Assembly (NCBI GenBank): GCA_030390025.1
Contig: CM059432.1
Location: forward strand, 146,322,001-146,386,000
Length of the DNA: 64,000 bases
From: Squalus acanthias
Taxonomy: Eukaryota
Direction of reading: 5' to 3'
The notes beneath the pieces were generated by a model. That model was not told the origin of the DNA. It saw nothing but the letters and a program-made list of their open reading frames with translations, and did not search any database. The position numbers and the translations under genes are program-made. The stretch's first letter is position 1; each line of letters opens with the position of its first letter. This document shows positions 21,524 through 34,468 of this stretch, one piece after another.

Positions 21524-23558
21524 CACAGCCAATGCATTACTTTTGAAGAGCGGTTGTTGTGATGTCGAAAAATATGGCAGCTAACTTGCGCACAGCATGG
21601 TCCAACAAACAGTAATGAGACAAATGACGTTGGTTGAGATATAAATGCTGGCCAGGCCACCACCCCTTCTCCTCTTCAATAATACTGTAGGATCTTTTAA
21701 ATCACCTGGGAAGACAGATGGGGACAACAACAACTTGCATTTGTATAGCACCTTTAATGAAGTAGAACATCCCAAGGTGGACCTCGGTTTATTGTCTCAT
21801 TCAAATGACAGCAGCCTATAAATTCGGTAGCGTAATGTCTATCAGGTGCTCAGCTGCCTACTGAGCCCCCAGTGCACCGCCCACCATATTGGCATATGTG
21901 GCCACACTGGCGCAGGAGCCCATGCCAGCAACATTCTGAGCTCCGCGTAATGTATGAAAGCTCGGGTCTGTCTTCCTGCAGGACCCCCTTTTTCCATTCT
22001 CCATGCCCCCAGTGCTTCAATCGCCATGTACTGACATCGCTGCACACAACGTGGCCTGAACCATCACGGAGGTCTCCCCTCACCACTGCTATTTAAAAGG
22101 ATCACGCTTTTACCAGGCGTAAGAATTCTACGGCCTTTCAACGGGCGGAAGTCGTGCAAAAAGAGCGACTCTCCACCCGCGGAGGCCCTTCTCCCCGGGC
22201 AGGCGGATGATCTGTCGAGAGGATTCTTGACAGATCGCAAGTGCCGGTTTTCAGCGCATGCGCTTCACATGCTTGAAACCGGCACTTGCGAGGCCCCTAC
22301 AGGCGCGTACACACCTCGTACCCACCTCGTTCCCACCCGGCCCAATCCGGCCCAATATTACCATGTTCACAGCAGTCCTGCAAGTCTACAAAAGTCTCTT
22401 AAAAGGGCCTCTATCCACAATTGTTTCAACCAGTAAAAGAACATGTTAAATAATGACTCCAAGTCGTTCTTCAGTGGAGCCAGCGCCGCAGGAGAAAAAA
22501 TGAGATGGTGTTTGTCGTTCAGGTTAATCACAGTCTGCATATAAAGTTCTGGATTTCTAAAAAGTTTACCTTTTCTACATTTCTCTACTGATGGAAACAG
22601 TATGAGAAAGAGACGGGCGTACTTTGGCAGGTGTGAGAATTACAGCAAGCAGTCAAATCGAGCATTTCTGCATTTACCAAATTATGCGTAAAATTTGACA
22701 CTGAATTAATTTTTCATGATGATCTCGTACTCTGTCACATTCCCTCTGTGTAGGTGCGATATTATAATTACTATTACAAACACCAAGATAGAGAGGTGAA
22801 CAGCAGCAGTTTAGAATCAGATTATTTCATGCCTCGCTGTAACACACAACAATGGTTTCATTCTGCTCTATTACAGTAGCTGTAATGTCTCTTGTACAAA
22901 CCCTCTGCAGCCCCACAATTCTACCTCAAGTGTGCTTTCAAAATATGTCAGAAAAGTAAAGAGAGATTTTCAAACTTTCAAATCCCTTGCAGGCTTTTTT
23001 ATTGAATGTAACCTTAAAAAGAAGAAAAATTACCTTTCTGTTAAAGACCTCCAATGGTCCCTGTAAGGACTGCAAGTTAGATCGCAGAAGGAACCAGAAA
23101 AACTGAGTGCAGGCTGCCCAGCGTATGTTCTGCTCAGTTTCTGTCCAACTTTGGGAACTATCCTTGAACAGGCATTTGGCCCCTGTTCATCAGTAATTTG
23201 ATTCTGCAAAAATATAGGCTGATGTATTCTCCAACTGTTTTTTTTGTTGCATATAAATATGTTAATTTTGATTACAACTATTTATTATGGGCTACATTAT
23301 ATAGGACGCCCTTTTATTCTAAAACAATCCGTGGGTGCAATCGGAAGTGTCCCGATGTGTTCCCACACCTCGCCCAAGGCCCAATTTTGGACAACCCTTG
23401 TGCCTTCAGATTCTGGCGCGCACTGTGAGTGCACCGGCCATTCTGGAACTGAAACCAGACGAAACTAATTTCACCTCCATCATGTCAGGAGAGGAGTGGG
23501 AGTCGAGCAAACTGGAGAAAAACAAACGAGTTTCTTATGCAAACCCTGACTGTTTCTT

Positions 23559-23705
23559 CTGAACCTCTGACGAAAGGTCGATGACTTGAAACATTAACTC
23601 TGATTCTCTCTCCCCAGATCCCCAGCCTGACCTGATGAGTATTTCTGGCATTTTCTGGGGTTTTTTAAATTTCAGATTTCCAGCATCCGCAGTATTTTGC
23701 TTTCG
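23559..23705 (+). mobile_element. Short Penelope-like terminal repeat with hammerhead-like core, 14-bp flanking duplication
   Basis: CTGACGA-AAGGTC GAT GACTT-GAAAC; CCTGACTGTTTCTT at 23545-23558 and 23706-23719; related inverted copy at about 60895-61008. Confidence 0.6.
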
Positions 23706-24609
23706 CCTGACTGTTTCTTTGCAGATATTTGATGAGCCTTTTTGAAAGACAGAGAGAACATTCAGTACCCAAAAACAGTTAGATAAAAGAACAAAATGAT
23801 TATGAACAGAACCGTGGGAAGTGGCATGTTATCAGCCTGAAAATCAATATAAACCCTGATAATCAACTGCAAATTAGTTTTTGAAAAGCTTGCAGCAATC
23901 ATTAATTATTCACAGGAATAATATCATAGTTAGTGACATGGGAATGCACTAGCAGTTGGTTTTCACGCCGATAGCTACCAACAGTACAAAAGTAGACTCC
24001 AGATATGATTAAAGTCACAGCGTAAAATGAACAGTATCCAATAAATAACAGAGTAATCTTGAACTCTGAAGCCCACATGCAAGCATGGTTAGCAATAGCA
24101 GTGAGAACAGGTGTGATGAGTGAACGGGACTTGGTGCGGGACAGGATACGGGTGATTGAGCTTATGGACAGTGGCGGATATGATGCCAGGAGCCAGGCTG
24201 AGAGAACACTGACATAACCAAGTTTGGAGGTGACAAAAAGCATGGATCAGGGTTGGAGTGGCAAAGGGGCTGAGGTAGGGATCGAGGTGGTTAATGTGGT
24301 GGAGTTGGAAATAAAGGTTTTGGCTATGGAGAGTATGTGGGATTTAAGGCTCATCTCTGGGCAGAACAGGATACCTGATTTGAACCACACCCCCACCCCT
24401 CGCCGGATTAGTATGGGCGTGCAGGGGGTTAAAATCCTTGCAGCGTGGCACTGTATGAGAAAAAGTGATTTTACATTTTAATTCCGGGAAATGCCTTTTT
24501 ATCTCCACGGTTTAATTTTATATTTAACCTAATGGGTTCTTTTTCCTAAAGAAATTTCCAGCACAAACCATGGCTTTATAGAGAGAACAATCATTTATTA
24601 TACAGTAAT

Positions 24610-24945
24610 CTGTAATCTCCTCCAGCCCCACAACCCCCCAAGATATCTGCACTCCTCTAATTCTGCCCTCTCGAGGATCCCTGATTATAATCGCTCAACC
24701 TTTGGTGGCCGTGCCTTCTGTTGCTCTGGAATTCCCTGCCTAAACCTCTCCGCCTCGCTACCTCTCTTTCCTCCTTTAAGACGCTCCTTAAAACCTACCT
24801 CTTTGACCAAGCTTTTGGTCACCTGCCCTAATTTATCCTTATGTGGATCGGTGTCAAATTTGTTGTCTTATAACACTCCTGTGCAGCGCCTTGGGACTTT
24901 TTACTACGTTAAAGGCGCTATATAAATACAAGTTGTTGTTGTTGT
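24610..24945 (+). mobile_element. L2-clade LINE 3' end with (GTT)n tail
   Basis: Ends GCGCTATATAAATACAAGTTGTTGTTGTTG; homologous to other L2 pieces in the window. Confidence 0.75.
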
Positions 24946-25369
24946 AGAAAATCAACATTAGAATTAAACAACATCTTGGGTTTATGGACAATTTTAGAAT
25001 TGCTTTAGCAACCCCCACCCCAATGGGCAGGAGAGGGTTGGATGGTTAAAATGTGACAATGGCCTGACCTACCCCCCCAACCCGACACCAAAGCTGTAAT
25101 TTTCATAGCAGCTGTCAGCGAGCCCAATGAGTGACGAGCTATGGAGAGGCGGGAAGGCGATAAACATTTTAAAATCGAGGTCCCATGGTGCGATAAGGAC
25201 CCCCGATCGAATTTAAGTACAAGGTTTCTCGTGTGTCGGGCAAGGTCGTCCATGAAACCAAAAAGGCAGGATTGGCAGGATGTTCGGGTCCTTAACTTTC
25301 CATGTTTTGTTACAGTATTTAGTATCAGATAATAATTTTGAGACTCGAGTTGGCAAGGGTCCATTATGG

Positions 25370-28350
25370 GTGTTACAGCGAGTGTACAGCACAGAAACAG
25401 ACTGTTCAGCCCAATTGCTCCATGCTGGCGTTTGTGCTCCACACACTCATCCTCCCACCCCTCTTCATCTAACCCCATCAGCATCTTCTACTTCTTTCTC
25501 CCTCATGTTCTTATCTAATTTCTCCTTCAATGCATCTATAATATATGCGTCAACTACTACTTGTGGTAGCGCATTCCACAACCTTACCACTCTTTTGGTA
25601 ATGAAGTTGCTGGTGGATTCCGTGTCGGATTTTATTAGTGATTATCTTATATTTATGGCCTCTAGTTTTGCTCTCCCGCACAAGTGCTAACATTTTCACC
25701 ACATTTGCCCTGTCAAACTCTTTCATTATCTTCAAGATCTCTTTGAGGTCACCCCTTAGCCGCCTTTTTTCTAGAGAAAAGAACCCCTGCCCTTTAAATC
25801 TTTCCTGATAGTTGTATCATCTCTGTTCTGGTATCATCCTTGTGAATCTGCTTTGCACCTTCTCCAGTGCCTCCATAAGAAAGAAAGACTTGCATTTATA
25901 CAGCACCTTTCAGGACCTCAGGACGTCCCAAAGCGCTTTACAGTCAATGAAGTACTTTTGAAGTGTAGTCACTGTTGTAATGTAGGATATCCTTTTTACA
26001 ATATGGAGACCAAAACTGTGCACAGTATTCCAAGTGTGGTCTAACCAAGGTTCTATACAAGTTTAACATGACTTCACTGCTTTTCAATTCTATCCATCAA
26101 GAACATAAGAACAGGAGTAGCCCCTCGAGCCTGTTCGCCATGAATGGTGGATCTGTGATCTAACTCCATATACCCGCCTTTGCCCCATATCGCTTAATAC
26201 CTTTGGTTAACAGAAATCCATCAGTCTCAGATTTAAAATTAACAATTGAGCTAGCATCAACTGCTATTTGCAGAAGAGAGTTCCAAACTTCTACCACCCT
26301 TTGCGTGTCAGAAGTGTTTCCTAACTTCACTCCTGAAAGGCCTGGCTCTAATTTGTGGCTTAAATTTCCCAAATATTTCCTCTCTATCTACCCTATCAGT
26401 TCCCCTTAATATCTTGAAAATTTCCATCAAATCACCCCTTAATCATCTAAATTCCAGGGAATACAACCCTAGTTTGTATAATGTCTCCTCGTAATTTAAC
26501 CCTTGGAGTCCGGGTATCATTCTGGTAAACCTACGCTGCACTCCCTCCCAGGCCAATATATCCTTCCTAATGTATGGTGCCCAGAACTGCTCACAGTGCT
26601 CCAGGTGTGGTCTAACCAGGGCTTTGTACAGCTGCAGCATAACCTCTACCCCCTTGTATTCTAGTCCTCTAGATATAAAGGCCAGCATTCCATTAGCCTT
26701 TTTGATTATTTTCTGTACCTGTCCACGACATTTTAATGATCGATGTACATGGACCCCTAAGTCTCTTTGGACTTCCAATGCTTCTAGCTTTTCACCATTT
26801 AGAAAGTACTCTAATCTATCCTTTTTTGGTCCAATGTGGATGACCTCACATTTGCCTATCATTGAAAGCCATTTGCCACAGTTTTGCCCATTTACTTAAT
26901 CTATTAATATCTCTTTGTAATCGTATGCTTCCATCTACACTGCTTACAATGCCACCTATTTTTGTGTCATTGGCAAACTTGGATATGTGGCTCTCTATCC
27001 CATCATCTAAGTCATCAATAAGTATGCAACAAGACCTGGACGACACTCAGGCTTGGGCTGATAAGTGGCAGGTAACATTCGTGCCACACAAGTGCCAGGC
27101 AATGACTATCTCCAACAAGCGAGAGTCTAGCCACCGACCCTTGACATTCAATGGCATTACCATCGCTGAATCCCGCACCATCAACATCCTGGGGGTCACC
27201 ATTGACCAGAAATTTAACTGGACCAGCCACATAAATACTGTGGCAACAAGAGCAGGTCAGAGGTTAGGTATTCTGTGGCGAGTGTCTCACCTCCTGACTC
27301 CCCAAAGCCTTTCCACCATCTACAAGGCACAAGTCAGGAGTAAGATGGAATACTCTCCACTTGCCTGGATGAGTGCAGCTCCAACAGCACTTAAGAAGCT
27401 CGACACCATCCAGGACAAAGCAGCCCGCTTGATTGACACCCCATCCACCACCTAAAACATGCACTCCCTCCACCACCGGCGCACCGTGGCTGCAGTGTGT
27501 ACCATCTACAAGATGCACTGCAGCAACTCGCCAAGACTTCTTCGGCAGTCTCTCATGAGTCTCTTTATCGAATGGCTTCTGGAAGTCCATATAAATATCC
27601 TTAGACATTCACCATCTACTACTTTAGTCACCTCTTCAGAAAATTCAAACAGGTTCGTCAGGCATGAGCTGCTGTTTACAAATCCATGCTGGCTCTGTCT
27701 GATCAGCTGAGAATTTTCAAGGTGTTCAATCACACTATCCTGATTTATATGCAGCCGCTCCGAAAGCTTGTGATTTCAAATAAAACTGTTGGACTATAAC
27801 CTGGTGTTGTGCGACTTCTCACTTTTGTCCTTATTTATAGACTCTAGTAATTTCCTGACAACAGATGTTAGGCTAACTTGTATAATTCCATGGTTTGCCT
27901 CTCTCACCTTTCTTAAATAGTGGAGTGACATGTGCAATTTTTGAATTTAAAGAAATGGTTCCTGAATCGAGAGAAATTTGCAAGATTGTTAGGCCACCTG
28001 CAAATTTCTCACCTACTTCATTAAAAACCCTGGGATGGAAACCATCTGTCTTAGAATTTGTCACTCTTTAGCGCCATTATTTTCTTCATTAGTGTTAATT
28101 TGCTTATGTTAATTATGGTGAGTCACCGTCCCTGATTCCTTGGGGTGTCTGGCATGTTATCCTCTTCCTCTACTGTAAATACTGACGCAAAGTAATTATT
28201 TAATATGTCCACCATTTCCTTATTTTCATTTATAATATCACCGTTATCAGTGTTTAAGGGGCCACATTGATCTTGACCACCCTATTTTATCTAATATAAT
28301 TGGAAAACATTTTTGTGCTGGTTATGATATATTTTGCGAGTTTCTTTTCG
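25370..28350 (-). mobile_element. Nest of degraded CR1 ORF2 fragments (two 3' ends, about 25370 and 26100) with inserted SINE tail, LINE and Penelope-like pieces
   Basis: Minus-strand KCEVIH, QRDLGV, LVRPHLE, QSQHGF and DGFHPRV motifs in broken frames. Confidence 0.85.
27023..27548 (+). mobile_element. Fragment of the second LINE family inserted in CR1
   Basis: QQDLDDTQAWADKWQVTF...LGVTID...YKAQVRSKMEY; matches 17847-18570. Confidence 0.8.
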
Positions 28351-28358
28351 TACACAAT

Positions 28359-29979
28359 GGCCGCGATTTTACTTACCTCGGTGGGTCCGTGGCGGGTCCT
28401 GACCCCGCTGCTGGCTCCATCCCGCTCCGTGAAATGACTTTCCGTTGATGGGGTTTGTTAAGCCCACCCAGCGCGTTTCCCAGCCAATTAGAGGAAGCGG
28501 ATCTGGTGACGTCATTTGATGACGCGTTATCAGCTGGTTTCCTTAAAGGGACCATGGCCAACTTTACTTTGACATTTGTGCTCTCAGTGTTCTACAGCAT
28601 TGAGGTGCTGCAAACACTGACAATCACTGCACAGAGGTGCAGGGCTGCACCCAGGTTTCCCATGACTCCTTCCATATGTTTATGGAAGGAGGCACAGCAC
28701 GCAGGGAGGTTCACTTCCCTTCCCATGGGCGGAAGAGACCTCCCCAGGAGATCAACGCAGCCTGGTTGCACATTGCACAGGAGGGCACAAGCAGGGATGT
28801 GGTCAGGAGGACCTGGGTGCAGTGGCGCAAACCTTTCAATGATCTCATTAGATCATGAAACGTTATTACAAAGCCACACTCAACCTCATCCTGCTGTGCC
28901 ACTCATCACATCCCCATAACTCTGCCTTCCCTACCCTACTCCTGCACATCCTTACTCACACCAACTTACCTTGCACCTCCACCCATCCCTCTCTCTCTAT
29001 CTACATTTTCACATCCCCATCTCACTAGCCACCCCTTAGACTCCCCCTCATCCTAGTGCCATCATACCAACTAACAACACACAAGGGTAGCCACTTGGGT
29101 GTTTTATGCAATGTTCATGTGAAGTTTCTGTTAATGTGCTGTCAATCATTGAAACCTTTATTTTCAACACTTTGCGTTCTTGGGCAGAATTGTGTGCACT
29201 TTTGGAAGTGGCTTAGTGAGTTGCAGTGAATGGTGAGACATAATGGTACCCCCCGCAATGCCGATGAGTGTGAAAGAAATGGCTTGGACATTGTAGGGAT
29301 GCTTTATGGTGTTGAACTGGGGTGGTGCCAACCTGGGGCATCCAATGAACATCCCGGGCAGCAATGTGCTTGGGTGCTGATGCCCTGTGTCCTGTGCAGC
29401 ATCAGATGATTGCAGAGAAGGTTGTTGTTGGTGCTGCTGGTGTTGGGGCTGATCGTGGTGGGATTCTGAGGACCAAGGTGAGACAGTATAAAGGGCACCC
29501 ATGTTGATGGAATAGATGGAAGGTGAAGTACAGATGACACAAGCATTCTGTCAATGGTGAGAGTTCTTCTAAAGAGGTGATACTGGATGGAAAATGAAAA
29601 GCCTGCAGAATCTGCGCTGGAAATGGACTGAGAAACAGCTTGTGGCTGAGGAACGTGATGATCTGTCAGGTGAGAGCTTTTACTGTACAGTTGAAGCTGT
29701 CAAGGAATCAGCTGGAGCAATGACCACTGAACTCCCGCCTCAGGTTGACAGCCGGGGTCCCCGACCGGCGTGGTCCCCACAGCCATGAAGTTAAAGTGAA
29801 AAGGTAAGTTTAAAAAAACCTGTTACTGATCTGTCAACTAGATGTTAATGAGATTAATTGAGACCCCCGCCGCTGCCTGTCGGGTTGACAGCGGGGTCCC
29901 GACCCACTGTCAAAAAAAACACTTTCCCACCCGACCCGCCACCGATCCCACCCACTGAGCCCCGGCAAAATTCTGGCCC
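28359..29979 (+). mobile_element. Harbinger family B copy (about 1.6 kb)
   Basis: Ends GGCCGCGATTTT / AAAATTCTGGCCC; Myb remnant at 28637-28858; collinear with 8609-10321. Confidence 0.82.
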
Positions 29980-30129
29980 ACTTTTTTGTAGCTCTTACTA
30001 CCTGTTTGGTCACTGGGTAAACCCCAGTGCCTGGTTTGCTTCTTTTTATTGGCCTTATTAACCTGCGTTAGTGATTTGTGTACCTATACCCCCTCAATCC
30101 CTTTGTTCCTTTACCCATTTAGACTCTTA

Positions 30130-30890
30130 GGGGGAAAAATTGAGTCGCGCCCCCTTTGGGGCGCTAACTTCGCCGGGGCGCTACTTTTAGCACCCCATAA
30201 AAATGAACGCCCCCGTGCAGGAAATTGAGTGGTCGCGCCCCAAGAGGGAAGCGGGGGACTACTAGAAGCACCCCGCATCTCTCTTGGGGCGCTGCGAGTC
30301 AATATCGTGGCGCTATGTGGCGCTGCGGCACGTCGCACCGCGGTATTGCAGGCTTTCCTCCCCTTCTTAAAGGGGAGGGGCCATGCACAGCGCGAACCGG
30401 GGCCCAGCTGGGCCCCCGGGATCGGGAGTGCCGGCAAAAGAGCCCGGCACTCAAGAGAAGTGCCGGGCTCTTGGAGCACAGCCGGCACCCCGCGGGGGGG
30501 GGGCTTCATGTGGGTCGGGGACAGCAACGGGGGCAAGTGCTGGCAGGCTGCCAGCAACAAAAGTGGCCGCCCACCACCTCCCCTTTAACTAGCGCCGCCC
30601 CGGCCGCAGGTAGGCCCCCCTGACCCCGTCGGACATAGCGTCCGGCGGTAAGTCAAGGGGCGCTACCGAAGATCGCGGCCAGAGCGCGAGCGGGGCGCTG
30701 TGCATGGCGATGACGTCATCGCCGATGGCGCCGCGCCACAGGGCGCTACCGGTTAGCGCCGCCGCTAACCTCCCGCTGAATTTCGCGGGAGGCGTGGACG
30801 GCGCAGCACCCGGGCGCTAGTTGCTTTGCGCCCCATTAGCGCCCTCTTAAGGCGCTAATGGGAGGCGCAAACCAACTGAATTTTTCCCCC
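30130..30890 (-). mobile_element. Harbinger MITE, subfamily A1 (761 bp), TSD TTA
   Basis: GGGGGAAAAATTGAGT / ACTGAATTTTTCCCCC flanked by TTA inside a reverse CR1 fragment (about 29980-31128). Confidence 0.93.
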
Positions 30891-31129
30891 TTATTATCCA
30901 AGCATTATGTGGCCTCCTTATTCTTCCTACCAAAAAGCATCATCGCACTTATCCATATGGAAATTAACTTTCCAATTCAACACCCATTCTGCAAGTTTAT
31001 TAATGTCTTCTTCAATTTTGTCATATTGTTCACTTGTACACCCCCCCGATTTGGTGTTGCCCGTAAATTTAGAAATCGTAAATATTTCTGATTCCTGAGT
31101 CCAAATCGTAAATGCAAATTGTGAAAAAA

Positions 31130-33782
31130 CAGTTGCCATTGCTGCTGTGTTCTGGACTGAAGAGGAGCACCAGAAACAACAGTGAGCTGAGGAGGTAGCT
31201 GCAGGTGGGCAGCAGAGAAGGCAGCAACATGGGGCTTGTGCTCACAGAAGGCCATACCCATTCAACAGTGTGTACAGGCACAGGCTCAGTTTCCTTGAAC
31301 TCTCGGAGGAGCAGTGCTTTCGGAGGCATTGACTGCCACGGCAGGTGGTCGCCGACCTCTGCAGTCTCCTAGGGGAAGACCTTCTAACAGCTGAACCTGG
31401 TGGCCGTGCCGTGCCAGTGGCAGTTAAAGTAACCATCGCCCTGAATTCCTTTGCTTTCGGCTCCTTTCAGCCTGCGACTGGAGAGCTATCGAAGTGTCGC
31501 AGTCGGCAGCACACAAATGTATCAGGCAGGTGACGGTTAGATTGTTTTCCAAGGCCAACAAATATATAACTTTTCTTTGTGATGAAGGCAGTCAGACAGA
31601 GCGAGCATTTGTGTTCACATCTCTGGCTGGCTTCCCACAGGTGCAGGGCACCATAGATTGCACGCACGTTGCAATCGGAGCATCCCCAACCAGCCAGGAG
31701 CATTTGTGAACCACAAGGGCTTCCAGTCCCATCAAAGTTCGGCTTGTCTGTTACCATAAAAAAGAGGCCTTGCCGGTCTGTGCACGATTCCCTGGGAGTA
31801 GCCATGATGCCCTCATACTGCGGCAGTCGAATATCCCCACAATGTTTTTACCTGGGACCAACCTGACAGGATGGCTGTTTGGGGACAAGGGATACCCCCT
31901 TCAAACCATAGCTTATGTCACCTCTGTCGAGATCGGTAGAGACGCTAGCAGGCCAGAGTCTGCAGAGCCACCGTCTGAGCCTGTACGCGTGACGCAATGG
32001 CTGCCAACATTGACTCATGTGAGCGGGCTGCTACAATTTCCATGGAACTAGTCACAAGCTCCATGGTAGATTGCAGAGTTGAAAAGCCCTGTGTCATTAC
32101 CCCACATACGTTTGAGTTGGAATCCTCCATCCTCTCTGCCACTGTGGACAGTCTGCCTGGCAGACCTGCCAATGCTTCAGACAGTTGCTGCTGTGCCTCC
32201 AGCATTCTCCTTTTCAATGCTGGCCTCAGAGATTCTGTCCTGATCAGCGGGGCTTGGAGAGGACGATGCCCCTCTGGCGCATAATCCCACCATTCTCTGC
32301 TCTTGCTCACTCGTGCCATGAAAGTCCCATCTACTTGTCTACACAGACTAACCGAGGTATTGGTATCTAGGCTGGTGCATGCTACACTTGTGTCATGTGA
32401 AGGTGCTCCCTCAGAAGGTATCAGCTCCCCCTGAGGAGTCTCGACCCTCCCCCATCTGGGGCTTTTGATCTTTATGTGGTGGCCCTGGAAGAGAGAAGAA
32501 AGGGATAATATTAAGTGATGGCACTTTGAGAATGTAGCTCTGCAGATGAAACACTTAATCAGAGTTGTCAATATTCTGAAAAGAAAAAAAAGACTTGCAT
32601 TTCTATAGCGCCTTTCACGACCACCGGACGTCCCAAAGCGCTTTACAGCCAATGAAGTACTTTTGAAGTGGAGTCACTGTTGTAATGTGTGAAGGTGAAG
32701 TTGCTTTGTGGAAGATGCAGTTCTGAACGATTACTGTTTTCACCCTTCTCCACTGGACTGCCAGTCTCGCCAACGCTGAGGGAGCTTGCTGTGCAGCTGA
32801 TGTCAAGAGCCTCCTTCCCTGCCGCTGAAATCTCAACTTCCTCTTGTGGTCTCTAACAGTCTTGGCCGTCTCCTTGCTGTTTCGTGCTCTCTTCTCCTGA
32901 AAGGGTGGCACGATATACCCATGACTGGCTCTGGGTAATGTGTACATCCGATGGGCGCAGTGCAAACGGTGAGGGTCAGAATCAAGCACATGCATAAAGA
33001 GTGAGTGCCATGTCTCTGAGGATTGTATTGACGGTGCCATTTCAGGATGTGCGATGAAAATGGTTGGAGGTGACTGAGGTCGCACAAGATGAGATGAGGA
33101 TTGAGGTCACTGGTAGTGGTCGAGGGAGGAAACGGGAAGTGAGGATGAGAGGAGTTGCATTTACTCTGGCTGATTGGTCATGATGAGAGTTATGTGGGGC
33201 TGAGAAGTGGTGTGAATGGAATAGGACTGCCAAGACAAAGTGAGATGGGGTGCAGTGCAGGATCTGGGGGAATATAGCCATATGCTCACCTTTCCTGACC
33301 TAGTCAGGTCATTGAACTGCTTGTGACATGGAATCCAAGATAGTGGGGTGACACTCCTGCTGCTGACCTCCTCTGCCACCTCCAGCCTGGCCTTCTTGGT
33401 CACGGCAGCAGGCTTCTTTTTCCCGCTGGCTGGGAACAGCACCTCCTCCTGCTCCTTGCTGCCCCCCCAGCAGCACATCCACAGATGCAACCGTCTCACA
33501 ATAATTTCCCAGTTCCTCTTTGATTTCTCTGTCAGACCCTGCAAACCTCCTCCTCAATTTCTTCTCTGAACTGGGCCTTTAAATAGGCGAGGTGACATCG
33601 TGTCATGCGGCCCGCGCCACGCCCGCTCATGCACATTGGAGACGTGAAACCCGCAAGTAAACTGATAACGAGGCCTACCCGTTGAACTCGGACATTCCCA
33701 CCTGTCCCACGATGTTGAGCGTTTGTCGCACGCTGTTGCCCCCTCCCGCTCCGTTCCCGGCTCTCCATTAATATCAGGGTCC
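31130..33782. pseudogene. Decayed Harbinger: transposase remnant (+, about 31230-31915) and Myb-like remnant (-, about 33290-33490); left end missing
   Basis: VAVKVTIALN, GFPQVQGTIDCTHVAI and WLFGDKGYP; minus-strand ARLEVAEEVSSRS...KQFNDLTRSGK followed by a GTGAG donor; many frameshifts. Confidence 0.85.
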
Positions 33783-34269
33783 AAATGTCTATCTTGGATT
33801 AACCCCATAACAAAAGTTATATACTCAGGGTTGGCTCGAACATGTCGAAGACTCCAAGTGTTTTGAATGACACTGTTGTAGTGTAGCACGGCTTTCTCTT
33901 GTAGCCGGGTCCTCTGCTCCACGGGCAATCTGTAAGTCTGCATCGAGACATGAAGCTGTGAAGTAGATTCCCGGTGAGGCGAGAGGTGAGGTTGGAGCAG
34001 TCGCGGTGAAGCTATGTCTCTCCCCAACTCTAACTTTTGCTTAGCTTTCAAAGTCTTTTTTAACATTGAACCACTCCTCTGGGACGGTGGCTTGTCAACA
34101 ATATGTTACTCCAACCACAACCCACGCTTGATTTATACTTCACTTGTTTTCTCTCCGTGTCCAGCGTATTCAATTTAAGTAGGTAGGTGTTCAAATGACT
34201 TCCAGCCGACCCAGAACCGATTCTTGTTGCTATGGCTCCTTCTCTGTGTATGACGTGTAAATTAACAAT

Positions 34270-34468
34270 CCTTTTAACAAGATTATGACGGGTTTGGATA
34301 GGCTAGACGGGGGAAAGGCTGTTCCCACTAGTTGATGGTACAAGGACTAGGGGACACAGATTTAAGGTTTTGGGCAAGGGATACAGGGGGGGGACGTGAG
34401 GAAACACTTTTTCACGCAGCGAGTGGTGATGACCTGGAACTCGCTGCCGACGGAAGCGGAGACACTCA
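34270..34468 (+). mobile_element. CR1-type LINE 3' fragment (continues 38671-38830), host of the Harbinger insertion
   Basis: RTRGH...RKHFFTQRVV..WNSLP-type coding sequence resumes after the TCA TSD and ends in a (TATGAC) tail. Confidence 0.8.

Noticed and set aside
21815..22365. Other GC-rich MITE-like patches (also about 10346-10560, 24985-25310, 38950-39385, 58400-58560, 61020-61600)
   Set aside because: Probably degraded DNA transposons, but I could not define paired TIRs or TSDs by eye.
22475..22522. Candidate PDE1 exon 2 (TTCAG...CAG|GT)
   Set aside because: Stop codon in the required phase (VEPAPQEKK*) and no similarity to the expected peptide; candidates near 57940 and 60665 also failed.
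33554..34066. 170-aa minus-strand ORF
   Set aside because: No ATG at the listed start, no recognisable domain, and it runs into a transposon terminus.
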